Under the pieces are notes generated by a model that saw only the letters and a program-made list of their open reading frames with translations, was not told the DNA's origin and did not search any database. This document shows positions 1 through 10,732 of a stretch of DNA of 34,262 bases, one piece after another. This stretch comes from Chiloscyllium plagiosum. Taxonomy: Eukaryota. How positions within the stretch are numbered: the stretch's first letter is position 1; every line of letters begins with the position of its first letter. The translations under genes were made by a program, and so were the position numbers. The stretch covers positions 19,550,661 to 19,584,922 of the forward strand of contig NC_057749.1 of the NCBI RefSeq assembly GCF_004010195.1, read 5' to 3'.

Positions 1-147
1 TCCATCTCTGAATCTAGGACTCTTCTGAGTGAACTACATTGAGCAGGAAATCCTCTGATGTATTTACTAACCCACCCAGCTGATGGACAGTGCTTGGAAG
101 CTGAGTATCTTCAATGCTTTTTAAATGTCACTCTTGTGATATTTCAG

Positions 148-505
148 GTATCTATGATCATTGTCCATGTGTCTGACAAAAGACTTTCAAAATAACCCCT
201 CTACTCTGAGCTTCATTGTGGCGATCGGTTATCAGCATGGCAGAGGAAATGCTACAAAGACGCCTTTGAAGCCTGCCTGAAAAGTGCAAAATACCCACCA
301 GCTCATGGAAACATCTACTCTAAAGCCAGATAATTTGGAAAAGTAGCTACCACAAAGAAGTCAACTATTCTGAGTATTGCCAACAGGCCCAGATTGCAGC
401 CATATACTAAGAATGAACAGAACATGCAGAAACTGGAGTATCTCACCCACTTGAGCAAATACCACGTGCCCCACCTGTGGCAGGGAGTGTGGATACTTGA
501 GGGAC
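148..505 (+). mobile_element. RTE-clade LINE, decayed 3' end of ORF
   Basis: Frameshifted translation resembles the RTE C-terminus (LYSELHCGDR, YKDAF, SSWKHL) and ends in a TTCPTCGRECG zinc-finger-like motif (~459-495). Confidence 0.6.
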
Positions 506-883
506 TAAGAAGAAGTTAACCTGATAATTTAGAGTGAGAGTACTTTCAGCAGAACCAAATTAGCACACAGAAAAATGCACTTCTGAGACCTCACTGGTTA
601 CATTGGGACATCCTGTGGTTGTGAAAGACACAATATGAATGTGAGAAGTTTTTTTTCTTGCAGCTGAAGTGAACAAAATAGAAACATCCATGGTTCAATG
701 GAATAGTTCTGGTGTGGAAAATAAAAGAAATTAACGTTTTAAAAGATGTGGTCACTTTGATAACCAGGCCACACAGTGGCAAGCAGCCAACCTACAGAAA
801 GAGGATGGGTGGAGATTAGCAGACATGGGGAAAGGACAAAAGATTAGCAAAACCAGGAAATAACAAATTAAACAGCAGTGTTA

Positions 884-1050
884 TGGGAACACCTCCAAGC
901 TCCTCTCCAAGTCACATAATGTCTTAACAGTCATCACTGGGACAAAGAGCTAGAATGACTGACTGAATATCATGTGGGAGCCCAGTTCAAAGGGAGTCAC
1001 AACCAGCATTCTCTCAAGACAACTAAAGGTGGATGACAAAACGGGCCTTG
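884..1050 (+). mobile_element. Old 3' end of the CR1/L2-group LINE family seen at 16484-18299
   Basis: Degenerate match to the tail 'ttctcaagggcaactagggatgggcaataaatgctggcc' and to the upstream 'tcactgggtcaaaatcctgg'. Confidence 0.45.
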
Positions 1051-1052
1051 TG

Positions 1053-1266
1053 ATGATGGCTTAGTGATAATGTCACTTGTCTATAATCCAGAGGCCCACT
1101 CTGGGGAATAGCTGCTAATATCCCACCATGATAGCTGATGCAATTTAAAATAAATTAATAACATGGGGAATTATAATAAGTCTCAATAATGGTGACCATG
1201 AAAGTATCATCGATTATTATGAAAATCCAATTGGACCAGTAATTCCCTTTAGGGAAGGAAAATTTA
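1053..1266 (+). mobile_element. tRNA-headed SINE, 3'-truncated (same family as 14757-15090)
   Basis: Shares 'taatccaga', 'tgaccatg' and 'cctttagggaaggaaa' with the 14757-15090 copy. Confidence 0.6.
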
Positions 1267-1692
1267 TCTTCAGGTCCTCTATAGAATTGGGATATCTGCT
1301 AAGTCATGAGTTGTTGCGGGAATGGTGCAATCAGACATGTGAATGTCACAGAGGTGGGATTGATAGTTATGAAGAAAGTTCGCTAAGATGTGGTGAGACA
1401 ACTTACTAGGCCTTGCAGCAGAACTCTCTCCAAAAACAATGCAACTCTGACATAGCTAAAAGGCTTAAGATTCAGCCTTATGTCATTTCAGCTTTGTGGA
1501 TGAACTCCACTCAAACACAATCGAAGCCATTTATACCAAGGGGCTGGAATGAATGTAAAACCCCTCAAGTCATATGAGCCAGCGAATGTTTGACATGAAC
1601 CATGTGCTTATTTTTTAAATATAATGGTACATGCTAAATGTAGTAAGGCACCTCAGGTGCCATACATTAGACTGAATGATCTGCTTCCAGTA

Positions 1693-1867
1693 TTGTTGGA
1701 CTCGGGTGTACAAAGTTAAATATCACACAACATCAGGTTATGGTCCAACAGGTTTAACTGGAAGCACTAGCTTTCGGAGTGTCGCTCCTTCATCAGATGG
1801 TTGTGTACTCCACAACCACCTGATAAAGCTAGTACTTCCAATTAAACCTGTTGTGTGATTTTTAACT
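1693..1867. mobile_element. Palindromic PLE-type short element, family B, with hammerhead core on the minus strand
   Basis: Inverted arms (aagttaaatatcacacaaca / tgttgtgtgatttttaactt). Flanking repeat tgcttccagta (1682-1692) / tggttccagta (1868-1878). Minus strand 1796->1772 reads CTGATGA-A-GGAG..CTCC-GAAA. Confidence 0.7.
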
Positions 1868-2029
1868 TGGTTCCAGTAAGGTCACAAACTGAGGCTGACT
1901 GTGCCCAGAAACATCAAGACACTCCAACATGCAATTCTGTCCATTTTTGGGCAGGACCTTTCTACATCGACCCCATCGGCATGAGGTTGGAAATCAATCA
2001 GACAGGTTAAGAGATTTGTTAAGGGTAGT

Positions 2030-2260
2030 TGGTGGAAGAAACTTCTCCACCCAGAGTGGCGGGCTTGTGGAACTATCTATTGCAGAAAGTGGTTGGGGCA
2101 GAAGCATTGAATGTTTTCAAGAATGAGATAGACATAGTTCTTAGTGCTAAAAGGATCAAAGGGCATAGGGAGAAAGCAGGGACAGGGTACTCAATTTGAT
2201 CATATTGATTGGCAAAGAAGGCCCAAATGACTTACTGCTGTTCCTGTGTTGTTTCAATGT
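2030..2260 (+). mobile_element. CR1 LINE 3' end, decayed
   Basis: RNFSTQ..LWN and FK.EID-like coding end followed by a CR1-type 3' UTR. Confidence 0.6.
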
Positions 2261-2362
2261 AACTGAGATTTGCCAGCCTGGACGCTGTTGTTCAATATGA
2301 TACTAAGAGCAGTTTACTTTGGACCTGACTGCTTTTATTAAATCGGTCGTCTTCAATTCCAA

Positions 2363-2581
2363 CTAGGAGGAAGTGAGGACTGCAGATGCTGGAGATCAGA
2401 GTCGAGAGTGTGGTGCTGAAAAAGCACAACAGGTCAGGCAGCATCCAAGGAGCAAGAGAACCGACATTTCGGGCATAAGCCCTTCATTCCTGATGAAAGG
2501 CTTATGCCCAAAACATCAATTCCCCTGCTCCTCAGATGCTGCCTGATCTGCTGCACTTTTCCAGCACCATACACCTGACCC
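2363..2581 (-). mobile_element. Palindromic PLE-derived short element, family A
   Basis: Inverted arms centred near 2488 with the tail on the left. Imperfect 15-bp TSD cgtcttcaattccaa (2348-2362) / cgttttcaatttcaa (2582-2596). Confidence 0.8.
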
Positions 2582-2766
2582 CGTTTTCAATTTCAAGACC
2601 ATAGTTCCAAGCTAAAGCACTCCTTTACCCTCTCCTGCTCCTTCCAAGCTGAGCTGTTAGTTTGGAAAGTCCACCAATCAATCTAGATTGTATGGGAAAC
2701 ATGTCTCCATGACAATTAAGGGGCATTGCCAATCAAAATCCTAGAAAGTCACTGTTTCTCTTTGGG

Positions 2767-3094
2767 GAATCACAGTGCAGAAAGAGGCCACTTTGCCTAT
2801 CAAATCTGCACTGACCGTCTGAAGAGCATTCCACCCAGACCCATAACCCTGCATTTACCATGGCTGACCCATCTAGGCCTGCACATCCCTGGATACTATG
2901 CGCAATTTAGCACGGCCAATTCACCTAATCTGCACATCTTTGGATTGTGGGAGGAAACCGGAGTACCCGAAGGAAACCCATGCAGACACGGGGAGAATGT
3001 GCAAACCTCACACAGACAGTCACCCGGGGCTGGAATCGAACCTGGGTTCCTGGCACTCGGAGGCAGTAGTGCTAACCATTAAGCCACTGTGCTG
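2767..3094 (-). mobile_element. HE1 / V-SINE family SINE
   Basis: tRNA-like head with A/B boxes, V-domain 'gtgggtttccttcgggtactccggtttcctcccaca' on the minus strand, CR1-like tail. Confidence 0.85.
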
Positions 3095-3523
3095 GCCAGT
3101 AATGACTTTGATTCTCCCATAACCACCCCAACTCCTGTTTCCAAAAGCCGACAAGAATTTCTGCCTGCTTTCCTTGTTTCAGCTGCAAAGCAGGAGCTTC
3201 CTTCCTGTCACAAACACTGGGATAGAAGAATATTCAAGAGATCTTTGTGATTTCTGACCAGCTGAATCCAGTTTCAAAGTAATTTCAGAATGGAGTGTGA
3301 CTCCAGAAGGGTCTGTTGTACTGTCGTAACAGTGACACTCAATGCCATTATGACTTACTGGTTGTCTGATTTTTATCGGTGGGAAAGAGAGGGTGGAAAT
3401 TAATGTCCTTCTACCCCGAGATAGTCTGCATTGGGAAGACTCACAGAAGCCCTCACCCTGCCATCAACTGATGCCCTTAAGAGGCGATTAATGTCCAATA
3501 AATACCTCATCTTGCTGCTGCTG

Positions 3524-3610
3524 TTGGGTTTCCTTCGGGTACTCCCATATCCAAAGATGTGCAGGTAAATTGGCCATGCTAAATTGCCCATAGTATCTAG
3601 GGATGTGCAG
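3524..3610 (+). mobile_element. HE1 SINE internal fragment
   Basis: Sequence 'tgggtttccttcgggtactcc...ccaaagatgtgcagg...ggccatgctaaattgccc'. Confidence 0.7.
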
Positions 3611-3811
3611 AGGAGCTCTGCGTGCAGAAACTCTGAAAAGCAAGCCCTAGAAAATTTGCTGGTAGGATCCCGCGGAGGATGGGTGGGTGGGCAAGGGAGT
3701 ATTAATGCCTGATCACCCAAGAAAGGGGGGTGCGGGGTATCCATGACAGCCATTCCCCCTCTCATCCTTGTTGCTGGACCCATTTCCTGTGACACCCATC
3801 CCAGGACGCGT

Positions 3812-4163
3812 GGGGCGGCACAATGGCTCTGGTTAGCACTGCTGCCTCACAGCGCCAGGGATCCGGGTTCGATTCCAGCCTTGGATGAGTGTCTGTGTGG
3901 AGTTTGCACGTTCTCCTGGTGTCTTCAAGGGTTTCCCCGGATGCTCTGGCTTTGTCCCACAATCACAAAGACATGCAGGTTAGGTGAATTGGCCACGCTA
4001 AATTGTCCATAGTGTTCAGGGATGTCTAGGTTAGGTGCATCATTCAGGGACGAATATAGAACAATAGGGTATGGGGAATGGGTCTGGGTGGGTTACTCTT
4101 GGAGGGTTGGTGTGGACCTTTTGGGCCAAATGGCCTGCTTCCACACTGTAGGGATTCTATGAT
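3812..4163 (+). mobile_element. HE1 / V-SINE, full length
   Basis: Head 'tggttagcactgctgcctcacagcgccagggatccgggttcgattcc', V-domain, tail ending 'gattctatgat'. Confidence 0.9.
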
Positions 4164-5824
4164 CATCACCCTCCAGCGCTTGGGTCCTGCCTCATGTGGG
4201 GGTAGTACCAGGAGCAGTCACTGTGTTCCTGATGGTGCTGCAGAGTACAGAAGACAGGGCATTCAGCAATTTTCAGTGGCTGGGAGCTCTGCCTGCATCT
4301 CCTTCCCCCACCACCTAGTCCTTGATTGGGGCAAGACTCTGTTGATGGTTTATTAAGTGAATGACTGGAACTTAATTTAGCAGATCTTCCTGAACAGAGG
4401 TGACAGGTATAAGATATTGACTCCACTAAATTCATGAGTCAGAAGTAGACCATTGGCTCCATCAAATCCATATTGGACAATATTAACAAATGTCTGAAAT
4501 TGATTATTTTTAGTTTCAAACCCTTTGTTCAGAAACTAATTAGATCAAAAATGTGTTTGTAACTGAAATAGATTGTTTGGCAGATTGACAGACAGTGGTA
4601 TAGATGATTCTAATCTAAACTATTGGAGAAATTAATTGGAACAGGACTATCCATTAATTTCTACCTCACACAAGATTTATTAAACTCACTGGCTTTGAAA
4701 TTCTGCATAGAAACCTGAATTAAATATAGACTAGTGAAGTAGGATTTTCACCTTCATTACTCCAAAATGCAGATTCCACAGAAGCACTGTTCTAAAGATG
4801 TTTATGACAACTAGAATGCTGCCTGTAAAATTCCAAATTTGACTGATGGTTACAGGAGACTAAGGGGAGCAGAAGCTGAATTGAGAGGTCTGTTGCTGAT
4901 TGATTTGACTGTCATGAAGCTTTGAATAACTAGGTTGACGTTTTTCAAGACTGCCTTCCACCAATTGTCTGACAGAAATGGCTGGTAGTCTACTGCAAAC
5001 CATGTCAAAAAGGTACAAAGGAAGACTACACAAATTCAATGGAACCAATGTCCAACTTAGGCAAAGGTGTGGCCTCCATAAGGAAGATGCTAAAAGAAGG
5101 GGCAGTGTACGTGGCCAGGAGGAATAGGTGGTAGTTACTCAGCTACCATGTACTAGCTCTCTCCCTACTGGAATAGCAGATCAATGCCCTACAGAATTGA
5201 CAGGCAATGCACATACCAACCAATCTCCCACCACAAAACTCCCATTGCTTCCTTGGGCAGGCTGAGGGCCAAAGTGAAGATCCATGCTATAATTTCTCAT
5301 TCTTCACTCTCATGCATTAGGTCAGGTACTATCACCAAAAGGAGAGTTAGATAATGCTTGACTGATTGGATATGTGTTTCAAAGCCACAGCCGAGGTGAC
5401 CAAGTGACAACCTGTGCTGTAAAATTTAATGAACCAATTTGTTGACTGTATGTTTGGGGCTCTTCACATCTATATGTAGACTCTGAGGTCAATTTTCACG
5501 GATGTGCAACAGACAAACAGAGTGTCTTTGGTCCACAGTTGCAGCAACACCAAGGAAATTTTGCATTCCCTAGTGGAATTAGTGAAGTGCTTAAACCTTC
5601 ACTGGAACTGTGGCCTCCTCCTACTGGACTGGAGGGTGCAATTAAGCATGGATGATTTACAAAGATGAAAAAGAAAGACTTGTGTTTATACAATGCCTTT
5701 CACAAACACAAGCTGTCCAAAAGCAGACTACCAATGAAGTGCTTTTGAAAGTGGCTTCACTGTTGAAACGGAGGAAACACAGCAGCTAATTTGCACACTC
5801 ACAGCAACCTCTCACAAACAACAA

Positions 5825-5940
5825 TCTAATTTTTCAAAAATCAGCCGGCTTCGACACACCTCATGACCATTGTCGCTGAAATGCAATTTGAATCTGGACC
5901 TTCTAACCATGCGGTAGGGATGCTACCACCGTACCCCAAT
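5825..5940 (-). mobile_element. Short tRNA-derived SINE related to the 13.2-13.7 kb array
   Basis: Minus strand reads 'ggtacggtggtagcatccctacc...agattcaaat...gctgatttttgaaaatt'. Confidence 0.45.
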
Positions 5941-6011
5941 TATCTCACAGCAATGTGGTCTTCAGCAGATAATCTGTGTTATTTAAATGATGCTTGTTGA
6001 AGGACAGATAT

Positions 6012-6334
6012 TTAGATTAGATTAGATTAGATTAGATTACTTACAGTGTGGAAACAGGCCCTTCGGCCCAACAAGTCCACGCCTACCCGCCAAAGCGCAA
6101 CCCACCCAGAACCATTTCCCCTACATTTACCCCTTCACCTAACACCACAGGCAATTTAGCGCGGCCAATTCACCTGACCTACACATTTTTGTGACTGTGG
6201 GAGGAAACCGGAGCACCCGGAGGAAACCCACACAGACACGGGGAGAATGTGCAAACTCCACACAGACAGTCGCCTGAGGCGAATTGAACTCTGGCACTGT
6301 GAGGCAGTAGTGCTAACTACTGTGCCACAGTGCC
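6012..6334 (-). mobile_element. HE1 SINE, young subfamily with (TTAGA)n tail
   Basis: (TTAGA)5 at 6012-6036. Close reverse complement of the copy at 20521-20846. Confidence 0.9.
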
Positions 6335-6577
6335 ATTGCTTTTTGTGCCATGCTTATGTTCACCTTAGAAAGCAGAAAAGTTTAGGATCTGACAGAAAAG
6401 ACAGCACTGTAGACAATGCAGCACTCTGTAAGTGCTGCAGTGGAATCTCTAGCTACATTCTGTGCTAGGATCTCTTAAGTGATTCTTGAATCTTTTGGAC
6501 TTAGAGGGTAGATTGTTACGTGCCACTGTCCTATTATGGGACATTGTTGATTTGTAGGGTTTGTGACCAACCTAACA

Positions 6578-7995
6578 TATACATAAAAGATAAAAAGGGT
6601 AACTAGGGAGAGAATAGGGCCCCTCAAAGATCAGCAAGACGGCCTTTCTGTAGAGCCACAGAAAATGGGGGAGATACTAAACGAGTATTTTGCATCAGTA
6701 TTTATTGTGGAAAAGGATATGGAAGATATAGAATGTAGGGAAATAGATGGTGACACCTTGCAAAGTGTCCATTTTACAGAGGAGGAAGTGCTGGATGTCT
6801 TGAAACGCATAAATCCCCATTTACGCATAAACGCATAAATCCCCAGGACCTGATCAGGTGTACCCTAGAACTCTGTGGAAAGCTAGAGAAGTGATTGCTA
6901 GGCCTCTTGCTGAGATATTTGTATCATCGAAAGTCACAGGTGAGGTGCCAGAAGACTGGAAGTTGGCTAACATGGTGCCACTGTTTAAGAACGATGGTAA
7001 GGACAAGCCAGGGACTAAAGACCAGTGAGCCTGACATCGGTGGTGGTCAAGTTATTGGAGGGAATCATGAGGGACAGGATGTACATGTATTTGGAAAGGC
7101 AAGGACTGATTAGGGATAGTCAATATGGCTTTATGCGTGGGAAATCATGTCTCACAAACTTGATTGAGTTTTTTGAAGAAGTAACAAAGAGGATTGATGA
7201 GGGCAGAGTGGTAGATGTGATCTATTTGGNNNNNNNNNNNNNNNNNNNNNNNNNNNNNNNNNNNNNNNNNNNNNNNNNNNNNNNNNNNNNNNNNNNNNNN
7301 NNNNNNNNNNNNNNNNNNNNNNNTGTGAGGTGCTGCATTTTGGGAAAGCAAATCTTAGCAGGACTTATACACTTAATGGTAAGGTCTTAGGGAGTGTTGC
7401 TGAACAAAGATACCTTGGAGTGCAGGTTTATAGCTCCTTGAAAGTGGAGTTGCAGGTAGATAGGATAGTGAAGAATGCATTTGGTATGCTTTCTTTTATT
7501 GGTCAGTGTATTGAATACAGGAGTTGGGAGGTCATGTTGTGGCAGTACAGGACATTGGTCCGGCCACAGTTGGGATATTGCGTGCAGTTCTGGTCTCCTT
7601 CCTATCAGAAGGATATTGTGAAACTTGAAAGGGTTCAGAAAAGATTTACAAGGATATTGCCAGGGTTGGAGGATTTGAGCTATAGGGAGAGGCTGAACAG
7701 GCTTGGGCTGTTTTCCCTGGAGTGTCGGAGGTTGAGGGGTGACCTTATAGAGGTTTACCAAAATCATGAGGGGCATGGATAGGATAAATAGACAAAATCT
7801 TATCCTGGGGTGGGGGAGTCCAGAACTTGAGGGCATAGATTTAGGGTGAGAGGGGAAAGATATAAAACAGACCGAAGGGACAACTGTTTCACGCAGAAGT
7901 GGTACGTGAATGGAATGAGCTGCCAGAGGAAGTGATGGAGGCTGGTACAATTGCAACATTCAAAAGGCATTTGGATGGGTATATGAATAAGAAGG
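6578..7995 (+). mobile_element. CR1/HER1 LINE ORF2 (RT) remnant, part 1
   Basis: KSPGPD, SLTSVVVKLLE, QYGFMRGKSCLTNL, YCVQFWSP and LECRRLRGDL motifs. Several frameshifts and an N gap. Confidence 0.9.
7230..7323. other. Assembly gap (94 N)
   Basis: Run of N. Confidence 0.99.
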
Positions 7996-9427
7996 TAAAA
8001 ACAAGGACTGCAGATGCTGGAAACCAGAGTCCAGATTAGAGTGGTTCTGGAAAGGCTTAGCAGATCAGGCAGCATCTGAGGAGCAGGAAAATCGATGTTT
8101 CAGGCAAAAGTCCTTCAGGGTGTCTGCAGAATGGAGAGATAAACGAGAGGAGGGTGGGGGTGGCAAGAAAGTAGTATAGAGTACAATAGGTGAATGGTGG
8201 TGGGATGGAGGCGATAGGTCAGAGAGGAGGGTGCATTGGATATGTGGGAAGGAAGATCGGCAGGTAGGACAGATCATGAGGGCAGTGCTGAGCTGGAAGG
8301 TTGGAGCTGGGTGAGGTGGGGAAGGGGAAATGAGGAAACTGGTGAAATCCACATTGATGCCATAGAGTTGAAGTGTTCCAAGGCGGAAGATGAGGCATTC
8401 TTCCTCCAGGCGTCGGGTGGTGAGGGAGCGACGGTGGAGGAGGTCTAGGACCTGCATGTCCTCGGCAGAGCGGAAGGGGAAGTTGAAATGTTGGGCCACA
8501 GGGTGGTGGGTTTGATTGGTGCGGGCGTCCCAGAGATGTGCCCTAAAGCGCTCTGCTAGGAGACATCCAGTCTTCCCAATATAGAGGAGACCACATCGGG
8601 AGCAACGGATACGATCAATTATATTGGTGGATGCGCAGGTAAAACTTTGATGGATGTGGAAGGCTCCTTTGGGGCCTTGGATGGTGGTGAGGGAGGAGGT
8701 GTGGGCACAGGTTTTGCAAGTCCTGCGGTGGCGGGGGAGGGTGCCAGGAATGGAGGATGGGTTGTTGGGGCGCGTGGACGTGACCAGGTAGTCAAGGAGG
8801 GAATGGTCTTTGCGGAAAGTGGAAATGGGTGGGGAGGGAAATATATCCCTGGTGGTGGGGTTCGTTTGGAGGTGGCAGAAATGTCTTCGGATGATGTGGT
8901 TTATGTGAAGGTTGGTAGAGTGGAAGGTGAGCACCAAGGGGGTTCTGTCCTTGTCAAGTCGGTCGTCATTAATGGAGATGGAGTGGTCCAGGAAGGGGAG
9001 GGAGGTGTCAGAGATGGTCCAGGTGAATTTAAGGTAGGGGTGGAATATATTGGTGAAGTTGATGAATTGCTCAACCTCCTCGCGGGAGCACGAGGTGGTG
9101 CCAATGCAATCATCAATGTCGCGGAGGAAGAGATGGGAAGTGGTGCCGGTGTAACTACGGAAGATGGACTGTTCTACGTAGCCAACAAAGAGACAGGCAT
9201 TGCTGGGGCCCATACGGGTTCCCATGGCTACCCCTTTGGTCTCAAGGAAGTGGGAGGATTCGAAGGAGAAATTGTTAAGGGTGAGGACCAGTTCAGCCAA
9301 ACAAATGAGAGTGTTGGTGGAGGGGTACTGTTGGGGACCTCGGGAGAGGAAGAAATGGAGGGCTTGGAGGCTCTGGTCATGGCGGATGGAGGTATAGAGG
9401 GATTGGATATCCATGGTGAAGATGAGT
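7996..9427 (-). mobile_element. Penelope-like retroelement (PLE), 5'-truncated, inserted in the CR1
   Basis: RT plus GIY-YIG ORF. GAAGG on both sides (7991-7995, 9428-9432). The CR1 is contiguous once the insert is removed. Confidence 0.9.
8065..9414 (-). pseudogene. PLE reverse transcriptase-GIY-YIG endonuclease ORF remnant
   Basis: MDIQSLYTSI, GVAMGTRMGPS, FLRDIDD (YIDD altered), Cys linker TCKTC..FTC, NIIDRIRCSRCGLLYIGKT..RFRAH. Apparent in-frame internal deletion near 8953. Confidence 0.85.
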
Positions 9428-9553
9428 GAAGGGTTTGGAGGGATATGGGTTGGGTGCTGGCAGGTGGGACTAGATTGGGTTGGGATATCTGGTCAGCATG
9501 GATGGGTTGGACCAAAGGGTCTGTTTCCATGCTGTACATCTCTATGACTCTAT
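9428..9553 (+). mobile_element. CR1/HER1 LINE 3' UTR, part 2
   Basis: Matches the 3' UTR at 15558-15682 and ends 'ctctatgactctat'. Confidence 0.9.
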
Positions 9554-9996
9554 AATATAGGCAATGAACCATTTGTAAGCAATTTTCAGACAGTTTATTG
9601 TGTTTGTTAAGCAGCATTTTAGGTAAGATACATTCATTAATTAGACAAAGAAAATATCCAACTGCGACAATTCACTGATACCAAAGGACACACAGGCTGT
9701 TGGAATGAATGTGTTGTGTTTTGTTGAAGTTGTGAAGGCAGCATCTTGCTCTCTAGTCAAAGTTTTGGGAACTCTTCCCTTGATCTTCCTCTTCCTTTCC
9801 TAGTCCATTTTCTATCTAAAGAAGACACCTCCCTGACAAGAACTACTGCCTATAAGGCCACCTGATGAGGACTGCTGTCTAACACTAAGCACTGGCTGAT
9901 TTTCCCTATTTCTCAGGGCTGGTAGCTTACACTGGGTCAATCAATTATCTGAATCCTTCTGGGCAAAGACCATAGGACAACTACTCACAACATTGA

Positions 9997-10101
9997 AGAA
10001 AGCGGGAGAATGGGGTTGAGAAATTTATCAGCCATAATTGAATGGCAGAGCAGACTTGATGGGCTGAATGGTCTAATTTCTGCTCCTTTATCTTATGGTC
10101 T
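9997..10101 (+). mobile_element. CR1 3' UTR fragment
   Basis: Matches the CR1 tail at 18360-18465. Confidence 0.75.
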
Positions 10102-10732
10102 AAACTGTCGAAATAATAAGACTTATTGCAAAAATTGCATTTATGTTGTATCCTAGAAATTTAAATTGTATTCAGGTACAGCATTATGATTTATAGTTTA
10201 CTTTGCCATTTATAATTCCCACCTGTCATGTCTGCATCCAAAGTTATTAAAATTTAAAGTTGCCCTTGGACATTACAAATATTCTGTATGTGATGATATA
10301 ATTGAATTATTAATAATTTTTGATATTATTTCTTTGTGTGGATCACTTTTCCTTCTTTTGTGCACCAATCAAACTACATTATCTTCTAGTTCCTTGCAAA
10401 GGTGCAGAAAAAGTAGTCATCATTTACAATTACATTATGCTACATAACACAGTCTGAGACCAAACATACAAATAGACACTAATGATATGTCAACCCAGTA
10501 CCTTTTAATTATTTAAAGCAATGTTACCTATTGTGCCTGAATCTAGCAAGAAACCTGAAGTTGTCTTGACCATTGCTCCTTCTTGAAAAACTTTATTAAT
10601 TTTGTCTAACTCATTTTTGCTTAAACTTTTATTACATATTTTATATCTGTTGCAGAATACAATAATATAAATGTTGTTTTGCTTAAATACATAAGAGCAT
10701 TATATTTCTTAACATTAATGCGATTTAATCCT

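Larger units (their letters stand above)
5670..6525 (-). mobile_element. Deu-domain SINE (SacSINE1/AmnSINE1-like), interrupted by two younger SINEs
   Basis: 3' end 'aagaaagacttgtgtttatacaatgcctttcac' at 5670 and Deu-like segment 'gacagcactgtagacaatgcagcactc' near 6400. Recognised from recalled consensus. Confidence 0.6.

Noticed and set aside
650..733. Strong acceptor (T-run then cttgcag) followed by EVNKIETSMVQWNSSGVENKRN*
   Set aside because: Short unrecognised peptide with no supporting upstream exon in the window.
2726..3122. ORFs with CGRKPEYPEETHADTGR-like peptides, also at 6247, 13696 and 20510
   Set aside because: Translations of HE1 SINE sequence, not genes.
3380..3810. GC-richer patches, also 4170-4395 and 5060-5285, that may be old shark repeats
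   Set aside because: Too degenerate to define boundaries or a family by eye.
7387..7959. 190-aa minus-strand ORF, and similar ORFs at 15049-15885 and 31190-31647
   Set aside because: Antisense to CR1 ORF2 or its UTR.
8647..9429. 260-aa plus-strand ORF rich in Gly/Val/Glu
   Set aside because: It is the antisense shadow of the PLE RT frame and has no independent motifs.
9862..9886. CTGATGA-GGAC-TGCT-GTCT hammerhead-like start
   Set aside because: The GAAA box is absent and there is no PLE context or stem I/III.
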